Below are positions 39,866-49,027 of a stretch of DNA of 64,000 nt, piece after piece. The notes under the pieces are model-generated. The model saw nothing but the letters and a program-made list of their open reading frames with translations, made no database searches and was not told the origin of the DNA. Source of the stretch: an uncultured Candidatus Rokubacteria bacterium (GTDB lineage Bacteria; Methylomirabilota; Methylomirabilia; Rokubacteriales; CSP1-6); assembly GCA_963771355.1 (NCBI GenBank), contig CAVYTA010000004.1, positions 160,001 through 224,000 of the forward strand. The letters run 5' to 3'. Position 1 is the stretch's first letter, and each line of letters begins with the position of its first letter. Made by a program: the position numbers and the translations under genes.

Positions 39866-39953
39866 CCGGGCCCGCCTCGGGCTCACGCCGCCATCTGTCT
39901 CGCAAACTAGAGAGAAGAACATTGAGCGAGAGATGGAACCTGGCCGCGAGCCC

Positions 39954-40856
39954 TCACGCGGTTGGCGATCGCGCGGAAGCCGGCCTAGCGGACCCGCCCG
40001 CGCGGCCGAGGAGCCCCGCCCGGCTGGCGGTGACGATGAGCACGCCGGCGAGCGTCGCCAGGCCCCCGACGATCTCCGCCACGCCCGGCCGGCCACCGAA
40101 TATCGCCATGGACCAGGCCCAGGTGATCACCGGGGTGAGGGTCAGGATGATGGTGAGGACGCTCATGTCCATCCGGCGCAGCGCGAGGTAGTACAGCCCT
40201 CGACTGACCACCACGTTCACGGTGCCGGCCAGGAGTAGCCAGCCCCAGCCCACCGCGGACGGCCAGACGAGCGCGCCCTGGGCGACCGCGAGCAGCAGGA
40301 GCACGGCGGCCACCGCGCTCACCCGGTAGAAGAGGAATTCGCCGAACGCGATGTCCCCGCCGTAGCGCTTCACCACCGCTGAGTGCAGCGCGTAGAGGAA
40401 GGTGGACCCGATCACGATCAGTGCGCCCGCCCGCAGGTAGTCGCCGGGCTGGAAGCTGATCACCACCACGCCGACCACGGCGAGGGCCGAGCCGGCGAGC
40501 TCGAGCCGCGTCAGGCGCTCGCGCAGCCAGAGCAGGCCCAGCGCCAGGCTGAAGATGATGGACGTGCGCGAGAGCAGCGAGGCGGTGCCGGGGTCCACGT
40601 AGCGGACGGCGACGAATCCCATGTTGGTGTTCACGCCGACGAGGAGCCCGATGGCGAGGAAGAACCACGGGTGCCGCGTCAAGGTGGCCAGCCGGATCCG
40701 GCCCCGCAGGAGCGCCAGGATCGTCGCGCCGCCCACCGCCATCATGTAGAAGGCGCCGGCGGCGGGCGGGAAGTGCGGCAGCAGCAATCGCGCGAACACG
40801 TAGTACAGGCTGTCGGCCACGAGCAGCAGCGGGACCAGCAGGCGGGGATCGCTCAA
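39954..40856 (-). CDS. DMT/EamA family transporter
   Basis: About 10 hydrophobic segments in two repeats, LRERL motif. Confidence 0.85.
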   Translation of the reverse strand: MSDPRLLVPLLLVADSLYYVFARLLLPHFPPAAGAFYMMAVGGATILALLRGRIRLATLTRHPWFFLAIGLLVGVNTNMGFVAVRYVDPGTASLLSRTSIIFSLALGLLWLRERLTRLELAGSALAVVGVVVISFQPGDYLRAGALIVIGSTFLYALHSAVVKRYGGDIAFGEFLFYRVSAVAAVLLLLAVAQGALVWPSAVGWGWLLLAGTVNVVVSRGLYYLALRRMDMSVLTIILTLTPVITWAWSMAIFGGRPGVAEIVGGLATLAGVLIVTASRAGLLGRAGGSARPASARSPTA

Positions 40857-40871
40857 GCGCGAGCGGGCGAA

Positions 40872-41567
40872 CTAGACCAGCGGCCAGGGATAGCGCATGC
40901 CGGAGGGGTCGGTGGGGAACACCGCCTCCTCCAGGAGCGCGGCGGCGCGCTCGCGCAGGGCGGCGCATTCCGGCGGCGTCACCAGCTCGCCGAGGCCATC
41001 GGGGAAGCCCCTCTGGAGCAATCGCCGGATATCGGCGAGCAGGGGGGCGGGCAGGGGCTCGCCCGCGAAGTCCCAGATCACGGTGCGGAGCTTCTCCGCC
41101 GCGTGGAGCATCAGCCCATTGTCGATGGCGAAGATCTGCCCGTCGGGCCCGAGGAGGCAGTGGCCGCTCTTCCGGTCGGCATTATTGGTCAGCAGATCGA
41201 AGAGACAGATGCGCCGCAGAGCGTCGTGGTGAGCCGCGTCGTCGAGCAGGGTGAAGTAGTGCTGCTCGAAGTCCGCGTGGATGAAGAGCTGGAGCGAGCC
41301 CTCGCCGTGCGGCCCCTCGCGCGGGACCGTCAGCGGCACCAGCCCCCAGCCCAGGGCCTCCGAGAGGAGAAAGGCGGCGAGCTCGCGCTTCCAGAGCCCC
41401 GGCGGGAAATCCCAGAGCCGCCGCTCCCCCTTCCGCGGCTTGTAGACGGCGAGCGCGCTGGTCTTGCCCAGCGTGCACTCCACCAGCAGCGTGACGTTCG
41501 ACGAGGCGGGCATCCGGCCCTTGACCTCGATGGCGCCGCGGGTGAGGAGATCGAACGCCGTGGGCAC
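40872..41567 (-). CDS. SCO1664-family PI3/4-kinase-like protein
   Basis: SN.T, VYKPRKGERRLWDFP, RELAAF, VPLTV, NNADRKSGH, IDNG, KLRTVIW, C-terminal PWP. Confidence 0.92.
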   Translation of the reverse strand: MPTAFDLLTRGAIEVKGRMPASSNVTLLVECTLGKTSALAVYKPRKGERRLWDFPPGLWKRELAAFLLSEALGWGLVPLTVPREGPHGEGSLQLFIHADFEQHYFTLLDDAAHHDALRRICLFDLLTNNADRKSGHCLLGPDGQIFAIDNGLMLHAAEKLRTVIWDFAGEPLPAPLLADIRRLLQRGFPDGLGELVTPPECAALRERAAALLEEAVFPTDPSGMRYPWPLV

Positions 41568-42176
41568 TCAGTGGCGGACGTGCCCGTTCGTACCCGGGCA
41601 GGTGTGGCCGTCGGGATCCATGGGCAGCCCGCAGAGCCGGCACGAGGGACGCCCCGCCTGGACGAGGCTGCGCGCGCGCTCCACGAAGGCGGCGGCCTGC
41701 GGGCGCGTGAGGCGGAAGCGCGCCTTGGCGGTGTCGGGAGGCTCGCCCGGCTCGGGCGGCTCCACCGCCTCCGCCGGCGCGCGCGCGGCGCGGGGCCCTT
41801 CTTCCGCGGCCGACTCCTCGGTGGCTTCGTCGTCGTCGTCGTCCTCCTCCTCCTCCGCTTCCTCCGACAGCTCCTCGGCCACGATGAGGATGCGGTCGGC
41901 GGCCTCGTCGTAGGCCACGCCCAGCGAGCCCACCACCCAGGCCTCGCTCACCGGCTCGAGCAGTGCCATGTCGCGCGGCAGCGCCCCGGGATCGGGGAGA
42001 TCGTTGAGGAGCTTGGCGAGGTATTCCGCCAGCGCGCGTATCTGCTCCTTCTCGAGCTTGAGCGTGACGACGCTGCCCGCCTCGCGCGCCTGGAGATAGA
42101 AGGTGCGCCGCCCGGGCACGCCCACCGTGCCGGTGGTGAAGAAATCCGGCGCCTCGAAGTCGAACGAGGGCGCCAT
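41568..42176 (-). CDS. DUF3090 family protein
   Basis: GTVGVPGRRTFYLQAR, LEKEQ, C-terminal AGRPSCRLCGLPMDPDGHTCPGTNGH. Confidence 0.92.
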   Translation of the reverse strand: MAPSFDFEAPDFFTTGTVGVPGRRTFYLQAREAGSVVTLKLEKEQIRALAEYLAKLLNDLPDPGALPRDMALLEPVSEAWVVGSLGVAYDEAADRILIVAEELSEEAEEEEDDDDDEATEESAAEEGPRAARAPAEAVEPPEPGEPPDTAKARFRLTRPQAAAFVERARSLVQAGRPSCRLCGLPMDPDGHTCPGTNGHVRH

Positions 42177-42817
42177 CAGGGAGCGAAGGCGGTGAGATCA
42201 CCGCCAGTGGAGTTGACGGTCAGCACGGTGGGGCCGATGCGGCCGTACGCGATGGCAGAGACGGATGCGGTCCCGATGGCGATGCGCTGGAAGAGGTCCA
42301 GCGGCGTGCCCAGCGCATGCGCCACCGCGGTCTTTATGGGGTCGGAGTGCGACACGGCGACGATGGTCTCGCCCGGATGGCGGGCCACCAGGGCGTGCAG
42401 CGTGTCGGACATGCGCGTCTGGATCTCCATGAAGGACTCGCCCCCGGGGAAGCGAAAGCCGCTCGGGTGCCGCTGCACCACCGTCCACTCGGGCAGCTTG
42501 GCCGCCTTCGCCAGCTCGATCCCCGTCCATTCGCCGATCTCGCACTCGACCAGGCCCGGCTCGATCCGAACTTCAAGCCCGCGACGCCGAGCGATCGGGT
42601 CTGCCGTTTCTCTGGCGCGCTCCAGCGGGGAGCTGTAGACGGCGGCCACCGCCTTGAGCCGGGCGATGCGCTCGGCGGCGGCCTCGGCTTCCTTGCGACC
42701 CTCCTCCGCGAGATGGAGCCCCGGCGCGCGACCGGGGAGGATGGTGCCCGTGGTCGGCGTCCGCCCATGGCGGACGAGCAGGATGAGCGTGGCGGTCGGG
42801 CGGCGGCGCTTGTGAAT
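42176..42817 (-). CDS. Histidine phosphatase / MSMEG_4193-family putative phosphomutase (probable ATT start)
   Basis: Frame extends upstream of the called GTG to include LLVRHGRT catalytic motif and LPGRAPGLHL; also SSPLERA, FPGGES, VSHSDPIK. Confidence 0.88.
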   Translation of the reverse strand: MHKRRRPTATLILLVRHGRTPTTGTILPGRAPGLHLAEEGRKEAEAAAERIARLKAVAAVYSSPLERARETADPIARRRGLEVRIEPGLVECEIGEWTGIELAKAAKLPEWTVVQRHPSGFRFPGGESFMEIQTRMSDTLHALVARHPGETIVAVSHSDPIKTAVAHALGTPLDLFQRIAIGTASVSAIAYGRIGPTVLTVNSTGGDLTAFAP

Positions 42818-42957
42818 GGCGTGGTCTCCGTGGCGGCGGTCGAGGGGCCGTGCGTGAGCCGAATGGTAGACCGCGCGGCGCCGTCGCGCAAGCGCCGCGG
42901 CAGCCCGGCGCCGTTCGAGGCCCCGCCTCCGCGCGGCAACGTGGCATCATAGGGGGC

Positions 42958-43425
42958 ATGGCGACCATCGAAGCTGGCGACAAGGCCCCCGCGTTCTCGG
43001 TCCCCGACCAGGACGGCGTGCTCCACCGCCTCCGGGACTATGCGGGGAAGCCCTTGGTCCTCTACTTCTATCCCAAGGACGACACCCCCGGGTGCACCCG
43101 GGAAGCCTGCGCCTTCCAGGATGCGCTACCGAAGTTCGGCAAGTCCAAGGCGGTGGTCCTCGGCGTCAGCATCCTGGACACCGTGAGCAAGGCCAAGTTC
43201 GCCAAGAAGCACGGCCTCACCTTCCGGTTGCTCGCCGACGCCGACCACGAAATGGCCGACCGGTACGGGGTGTGGAAGAAGAAGACGCTCTACGGGCGCC
43301 AGTTCATGGGGCTCGTGCGCACCACCTTCCTCATCGGGCCCGACGGCAAGGTCGCGCGCCGCTGGGACAACGTGAAGGTGGACGGTCACGCCGCCGAGGT
43401 GCTCGCGGCGGTGAACGCCCTCTAG
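42958..43425 (+). CDS. bcp: Thioredoxin-dependent thiol peroxidase (BCP/PrxQ)
   Basis: YFYPKDDTPGCTREAC, RTTFLI, VKVDGH. Confidence 0.94.
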   Translation: MATIEAGDKAPAFSVPDQDGVLHRLRDYAGKPLVLYFYPKDDTPGCTREACAFQDALPKFGKSKAVVLGVSILDTVSKAKFAKKHGLTFRLLADADHEMADRYGVWKKKTLYGRQFMGLVRTTFLIGPDGKVARRWDNVKVDGHAAEVLAAVNAL

Positions 43426-44354
43426 CCCGCCCACTCTCCCGTGCGCAGGTAGCGGATGGCAGCCAGCGCCGCGGTGGCGCCGTCGCCCGCCGCGGTCACG
43501 AGCTGACGGGCGGAGTGGGCGCGGATGTCGCCCGCCGCCGTGATCCCCGGCACCGCGGTGCGCATCCAGAGATCCGTCACGATGTGGCCGCTGGCGGTCA
43601 GCGGGACCAGGTCGCCCAGGAAGGCGGTGTTGGGGCGGAGGCCGACATAGATGAAGACCCCGCTCACCGGCAGGGGCGCGCGCTCGCCGGACCCGAGGTC
43701 CTCGACGGCGAGACGCTGCACGCCCTCCGCGCCCTCGATGGCGCGTACCGCCGCATTCCAGCGGAACTTGATCTTGGCGTGGCCGCGCGCGCGCTCCTGG
43801 AGGGCGGCGCAGGCGCGGAGCGTGTCGCGGCGGTGGATGACGGTGACCTGCGAGGCGTACTGGGTCAGGTGCACCGCCTCGTCGATGGCCGCGTCGCCCC
43901 CACCCACCACCGCTACCGACTGGCCCATGAAGAAGGAGCCGTCGCAGGAGGCGCAGTGGGAAAGGCCCTTGCCCACGAACTCCGTCTCGCCGGGTATGTC
44001 GAGAGTTGCGAAGCTCGAGCCGGCGGCGATTACCAGCGCTCGCGCTCGGACGTCGCCGGTATCGGTTTCCAGGACCGTCAGGCCGCCCTCTCGGCGCACC
44101 GACGCGACCTCCCCCATCTGGACCTCGAGGCCGGCCGCGGTGGCCTGCTGCTGGAGGACGGGGCCCAGCGTATATCCGGCGATGCCGTCGGGGAAGCCGG
44201 GGAAGTTCTCGATGTGCTCGCAGTTGAGCACCTGTCCCCCCGAGGAGAATCGCTCGAGCAGCAAGGCGCGGCAGCGGTCCCGCGCCGCGAAGATCCCGGC
44301 GGTATAGCCGGCGGCGCCGCCGCCCACGATGACGACCTCATAGGGCTCGGGCAT
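43422..44354 (-). CDS. trxB: Thioredoxin-disulfide reductase
   Basis: GGGAAG, IENFPGF, SHCASCDG active site, GGGDAA, HRRD, AAGD. Confidence 0.92.
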   Translation of the reverse strand: MPEPYEVVIVGGGAAGYTAGIFAARDRCRALLLERFSSGGQVLNCEHIENFPGFPDGIAGYTLGPVLQQQATAAGLEVQMGEVASVRREGGLTVLETDTGDVRARALVIAAGSSFATLDIPGETEFVGKGLSHCASCDGSFFMGQSVAVVGGGDAAIDEAVHLTQYASQVTVIHRRDTLRACAALQERARGHAKIKFRWNAAVRAIEGAEGVQRLAVEDLGSGERAPLPVSGVFIYVGLRPNTAFLGDLVPLTASGHIVTDLWMRTAVPGITAAGDIRAHSARQLVTAAGDGATAALAAIRYLRTGEWAG

Positions 44355-44437
44355 GCCGCCATCATACTCGACCCGGCGAAGGAGATGGACGCGCTCCGGG
44401 GCTTCGGTTCCTTCGTGTGTGTGCGCGCCCTGAGGGG

Positions 44438-46693
44438 TCAGTGCTGGGCGCTGGGGCCCAGCCGCCGGTGAAGCCGCGCGAGTGGGGCGGGTGCCCACCA
44501 GTTCCACTCGCCCATCAGCCGCATGGTGGCGGGGACCAGCAGGGCGCGGACGATGGTGGCGTCCACCACCACCGCGATGCCCATGCCGATTCCGATGGCC
44601 TGGATGGGCACCATGTCCGCGGTGCCGAAGGCGAAGAACACCGCCGCCATGATGGCGGCGGCGCCGGTGATGAGGCGTCCGGTGCGCTCCAGAGCGCTCG
44701 CCACCGCCTGTGTATTGTCCCCGGTGCGCTCGTATTCCTCCCGCACGCGACTGAGCAGCAGCACCTCGTAGTCCATGGACAGCCCGAACATCACGCAGAA
44801 CATGATGATGGGCGTGGAGGTCTCGATGGGGCTCGGCGTGAAGCCGAGCCAGTGACGGAGGTGGCCGTCCTGGAAGATCCACACCAGCGCTCCGTAGGAG
44901 GCGCTGATGGAGAGCACGTTCATCACCACCGCCTTGAGCGGTAGCAGGAGCGAGCCCAGCAGCAGGAAGAGCACGAGGTAGGTGGCGACCATGATGACGG
45001 CCACGGTGAGGGGGGCGTGCCGGCCGATGGCCTCCGCCAAATCGAGGTCGAGCGCGGTCTGGCCGGTGACGAGCACCTCGACGTCCACCGCCGGATGGGT
45101 GCGCCGGATGGTGCGCACGAGCTCGCGGGCCTCGGTGGAGCCGGCGCGCAGGGGGGTGGAGGCCACCAGCACCATCAGCCGCTCGCTGGCGGTCTGGGCC
45201 ACCGCGTCGCGGATGAAGGGAGGCAGCTCCCCGGGCGCGGCGGCGAAGATCTGCCGGTACTGCGCGAGGGTGATGTCGGGATGCAGCGCCACCGGCCCCT
45301 CCACCCGGCTCACGCCGGGAAGACCAGCGAGCCAGCGCGCCAAATCATAGGCGCGGACCACCGACTCCGGCGAGCGCATGCGGCCCTGCGGGTCGTGCAG
45401 CACGATCACCACCTGATTGGCGTCGCCCGACGGAAACTCGCGCCGCAGCTCCTCCCCCCTCCGAGCCTCCGCGGTGGCCGGGAGCACGCTGGCGTCGCTG
45501 GCGCCCAGGCGGAGACGCAGGAACGGCGAGCCCACCAGGACGAGCACCGCTACCACCGGGATCAGCACGCGCCAGGGATGGGCCATCACCGCGGCGGCGA
45601 GCCGCCGCCAGGCCCGCCGGCTCCGCTCCGACTGCACGGGGGAGAGGAAGGGCACCCGCAGCGCGTCCACCCGCGGGCCGAGGATGGCGAGCAGCGCGGG
45701 GAGGAAGGTCAGCGAGAAGAGCACCGCGAGCAGCACCACCGCGGTGCCGGCCAGCCCCATGGAGGCGAGGCTCTGCAGGCGCAGGCAGAGCATGCCGAGG
45801 AGCCCGATGGCCACGGTGAGGCCGGAGAAGAGCACGGCGCGCCCCGCCGTCTCCATGGTGCGCCCCAGCGCGTCCTCCGCGGGCCGCTCCGCCAGCTCGT
45901 CGCGGAAGCGGCTGATCACGAAGAGGGAGTAGTCCACCGCCACGCTGAAGCCGACCATGGAGACCACGTTGACGGCGTAGACGGACACGGGGAGGAACTG
46001 CGAGAGGAAGTAGGTGAAGCCGAGCCCGGTGGCCACGCCGAGCATGCCCACCCCCAGCGGCAAGATCGCCGCGATGAGCGAGCCGAAGACGAGGACGAGG
46101 AGGAACGGGACCACCGGCCAGATCACCCGCTCGGCGCGCCGGATGGCGCGCGTGGCCGTTTCCGTGAAGTCGTGGTTGAGCGCCATCGGTCCCGCCGGCA
46201 CCACCTCGAACGTCTCCGAGCGGACCAGCGGGCGGAGCTCCTTGTAGGCGCCGCTCTCGCTCTGGCCGAGACTGAGCGAGGCGAACTCCGACGGCCCGCC
46301 CTTGAGCTCCACCGTGACCATCACCCGGTGTCCGTCGCGGGCGATCTGCGGCACGTCGATGGGGGTGAGGGGATCGTAGGGCGTCTTCACCCGGACCACG
46401 CGCGGATCCGAGCGCAGGGGCGCCAGCGCCCGCTCCACCTCGGCGCGGAAGGCGGGATCCTCGGCGCGCAGGGTGGGGTGGCTGAAGATCAGGTGGAAGG
46501 TGGGCGGCTTCCTGGGGAGCTCGCGCTCGATGAGGCGCGCGGCGCGGCCCGCCTCCGTGGAATGGGGGGTGGGGTTGTTATCGAACTCGCCGCCGCGAAG
46601 AATGAACCACGCGGCGGGGAGGAGGGTCAGCAGGGAGAGCAGCAGGACGGAGAGACGGTTCCGGAAGACGAAACGGCCCCAGGCGTCGAACAC
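44438..46693 (-). CDS. MMPL-family (RND) transporter
   Basis: AVDYSLFVISRFRDE, TAGRAVLFSG, FGLSMDYEVLLLSRVRE, TGRLIT, DATIVR. Confidence 0.93.
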   Translation of the reverse strand: MFDAWGRFVFRNRLSVLLLSLLTLLPAAWFILRGGEFDNNPTPHSTEAGRAARLIERELPRKPPTFHLIFSHPTLRAEDPAFRAEVERALAPLRSDPRVVRVKTPYDPLTPIDVPQIARDGHRVMVTVELKGGPSEFASLSLGQSESGAYKELRPLVRSETFEVVPAGPMALNHDFTETATRAIRRAERVIWPVVPFLLVLVFGSLIAAILPLGVGMLGVATGLGFTYFLSQFLPVSVYAVNVVSMVGFSVAVDYSLFVISRFRDELAERPAEDALGRTMETAGRAVLFSGLTVAIGLLGMLCLRLQSLASMGLAGTAVVLLAVLFSLTFLPALLAILGPRVDALRVPFLSPVQSERSRRAWRRLAAAVMAHPWRVLIPVVAVLVLVGSPFLRLRLGASDASVLPATAEARRGEELRREFPSGDANQVVIVLHDPQGRMRSPESVVRAYDLARWLAGLPGVSRVEGPVALHPDITLAQYRQIFAAAPGELPPFIRDAVAQTASERLMVLVASTPLRAGSTEARELVRTIRRTHPAVDVEVLVTGQTALDLDLAEAIGRHAPLTVAVIMVATYLVLFLLLGSLLLPLKAVVMNVLSISASYGALVWIFQDGHLRHWLGFTPSPIETSTPIIMFCVMFGLSMDYEVLLLSRVREEYERTGDNTQAVASALERTGRLITGAAAIMAAVFFAFGTADMVPIQAIGIGMGIAVVVDATIVRALLVPATMRLMGEWNWWAPAPLARLHRRLGPSAQH

Positions 46694-48289
46694 TTATGCT
46701 TCGGCAGCAGGCACGGGCGCCAGCGTCCTCGAAGGGGCGTAGAAGGACGGCTCCGGCATGCCGGCCAGGCACTGCCGCGCGAACTCGATCAGGTGGTGGC
46801 TCACCACCGCGCTCTGGACGAACTCCTCGAAGCGGCCGCGCCCCAGCGTGCGCGCGGCCATCCGCCAGAAGTCCCCGCGATAGCTGCTGTGCACGCCCAG
46901 CCGCCAGAAGAGCCGCGCGAAGATGCCGAGCCCGCGCCGGACATTGCGGGGCGCGAGCCGGCGCGGGTCCATCGGGTACCAGGGCCGGTTCCGGAACGTG
47001 TGCCGCTGCTGATGCGCGTAGCGCCCGTAGATGGCGCTCGGCTCGTAGGCGGCCTCGATACACTTCCGCCACATGCCGAGCACGGTCTCGTAGGGCAGGA
47101 GGAAGTCCACGTTGGACTCGCGCCCCTCCTCGTTCCGGATCCGCCCGGCCCGCTCGAGGCGGTCCCAGAGCGGGGTCTTCGGCAGCGCGTAGAGCACGTT
47201 GATGGTGAGGATGGGGATCTGCGAGGCCCGGATGAACTCGACGATGCGGCCGGCCGAATCCGGGGTGTCGGTGTCGAGCCCGATGATGATGCCGGACACC
47301 ACTTCCATCCCGTACTTGTTGATGGTCTCCACCGCGTCGAGGATGGGCAGCCGGAGGTTCTGCGACTTCGACATCGCCTGGAGCGCCTCCGGCTCCGGCG
47401 TCTCGATGCCGCAGAAGATGGTGACGAAGCCGGCGTCACGCATGAGCGCCAAGGTCTTTTCGTTCTTGGCGATGTTCAGCGTGGCCTCGCAGGCGATGCG
47501 GAGCGGATAACGGTGACGCTTCTGCCAGGTCACGAGGTGCGGGAGGAGGTCGGCCGCCGCCTTCGGGTTGGCGATGAAGTTGTCGTCCACGAAGTAGACC
47601 GACTGGGCGCCGCCGATCCGGAGCCGGTCCAGCTCCGCCACCACCTGCTCCGGGTTCTTGAGCCGCGGGTTCCGCCCGTAGAGCGCGGGGATGTCGCAGA
47701 ACTCGCAGGTGAAGGGACAGCCGCTGGAGAACTGCACGCTGGCCAGGAAGTAGTCGGGGATGGAGATCAGCTCGTAGGCGGGCATCGGGAACTGGTTGAG
47801 CGGCAGCCGGTCCTTGGTGGTGAGAACCTGCTGCGGCCCCTCCGGTCGGCCGTCTAGGCCGTCGAGGATCTCGATGAGCTGGTCGGTGGCGTCACCGATC
47901 TCACCCACGTGGACGAAGTCGGCGTCGGGGTACATCTCGGGACACCCGGAGGCCGACGGCCCGCCGATGGCCACCGGCCGCCCACAGGCGTGCGCGCGGC
48001 GCGTGATGTCCTCGATGTGGCGCTGCTGCACGTGCATGCCGGAGACGAGCACCGCGTCCGCCCAGCGGAGATCCTCGGGGGTCACCGCGCTCCGGTTCTC
48101 GTCCACGAAGCGGACCTTCCAGGACTCGGGCAGATAGGCCGCAATGAGGAGGAGGCCCTGAGGCGGCATGAAGGCGCGCACACCGCCGAGGAGGCTATAG
48201 GAATGATGGAAGGTCCCGAAGGACGGCGTATAGCGCGGGAACACGCAGAGAATGCGGCGAACGGTGGTCGGGCTATACGGGGTTCGCAT
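46694..48289 (-). CDS. hpnP: B12-binding radical SAM methyltransferase, hopanoid C-2 methylase
   Basis: RRILCVFPRY..SFGTF.HSY, AFMPPQGLL, SGMH.Q, HVGE.GDAT, SSGCPFTCEFCDIP (CxxxCxxC), CEATLN, RESNVDFLLP, matching HpnP as I recall it along its full length; shc present in window. Alternative TTG start at 48319. Confidence 0.88.
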   Translation of the reverse strand: MRTPYSPTTVRRILCVFPRYTPSFGTFHHSYSLLGGVRAFMPPQGLLLIAAYLPESWKVRFVDENRSAVTPEDLRWADAVLVSGMHVQQRHIEDITRRAHACGRPVAIGGPSASGCPEMYPDADFVHVGEIGDATDQLIEILDGLDGRPEGPQQVLTTKDRLPLNQFPMPAYELISIPDYFLASVQFSSGCPFTCEFCDIPALYGRNPRLKNPEQVVAELDRLRIGGAQSVYFVDDNFIANPKAAADLLPHLVTWQKRHRYPLRIACEATLNIAKNEKTLALMRDAGFVTIFCGIETPEPEALQAMSKSQNLRLPILDAVETINKYGMEVVSGIIIGLDTDTPDSAGRIVEFIRASQIPILTINVLYALPKTPLWDRLERAGRIRNEEGRESNVDFLLPYETVLGMWRKCIEAAYEPSAIYGRYAHQQRHTFRNRPWYPMDPRRLAPRNVRRGLGIFARLFWRLGVHSSYRGDFWRMAARTLGRGRFEEFVQSAVVSHHLIEFARQCLAGMPEPSFYAPSRTLAPVPAAEA

Positions 48290-48365
48290 ACCGGTTGACG
48301 GCTTCGCCGCCAGGGTCAAAGTTTAGCATGGCCCTCCGGCCATCGGCGCACACGCTCTCGGCTAC

Positions 48366-48947
48366 CTATGTGTGTTCGGGCGACTCCGCCGCGCGCCGGA
48401 TCGCGCGCAGCATGGCGCGCCGGATGAGGCCGCTGCCGGGCCGCACGATGAGCCAGTAGGCGCGAAAACGCCGACGCGTGGCCGCGTCCGCGCAGCACAC
48501 CCGCGTCTCGGTGGTGAGCCGCACGCGGCCGCCCGGGAGCGGCTCGGCGCGGAAGTCCCAGGCCGCGCGCGCCAGGCCCGGGGCCAGCGCCTCCCGGAAC
48601 CGCCGCGCATCGGTGGGGCGGAGATCGCCGGCCGCCGTCCAGAAGCGTCCCTCGAGGCCGATCACCATCTCGCGGTCCGGCCGTTCTTCCAGCACCACGA
48701 AGCCGCGGGAGAAGAAAGTATCCAGTGTGAGGCGCTCCGCGTCGCGCTCCCGGAGGCGGCGGAGCGTGCGGCGGGGAGCGGTCAGCAGGGAGGGCAGCGC
48801 CCGGAGGCCCAGCAGCGTGGCGATCAGGGGCGACCGGCCGAAGTCGGCGGCCCGGAGCGCGGCCCAAACCCGCGCCGGGGCAGCCCGGATGACCAGGCTA
48901 TGTCGCTCCACCGCGTCGAACTCGGGGAGATAGTCGTCGATCAGCAC
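48366..48947 (-). CDS. Conserved hypothetical protein (DUF2867/SRPBCC-like)
   Basis: LID.YLP, ERH, A.PARVWAA, GRFW, LTTETRV, FRAYW..VRPGSGLIRR. Confidence 0.7.
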   Translation of the reverse strand: MLIDDYLPEFDAVERHSLVIRAAPARVWAALRAADFGRSPLIATLLGLRALPSLLTAPRRTLRRLRERDAERLTLDTFFSRGFVVLEERPDREMVIGLEGRFWTAAGDLRPTDARRFREALAPGLARAAWDFRAEPLPGGRVRLTTETRVCCADAATRRRFRAYWLIVRPGSGLIRRAMLRAIRRAAESPEHT

Positions 48948-49027
48948 GGGGCCATTTCACGCCGGGCCCCGGCCGGGGTCTTAGCCGGTGACACCAAGAC
49001 CGGCTCACTGGAGCCAGGGGAGGGCGT

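Noticed and set aside
48273..48329. 18-codon ORF (MLNFDPGG...) overlapping the hpnP start
   Set aside because: The GGAGGG is only 2 nt from the ATG, and the sequence is better explained as an extended -10 element (TGCTAAACT).
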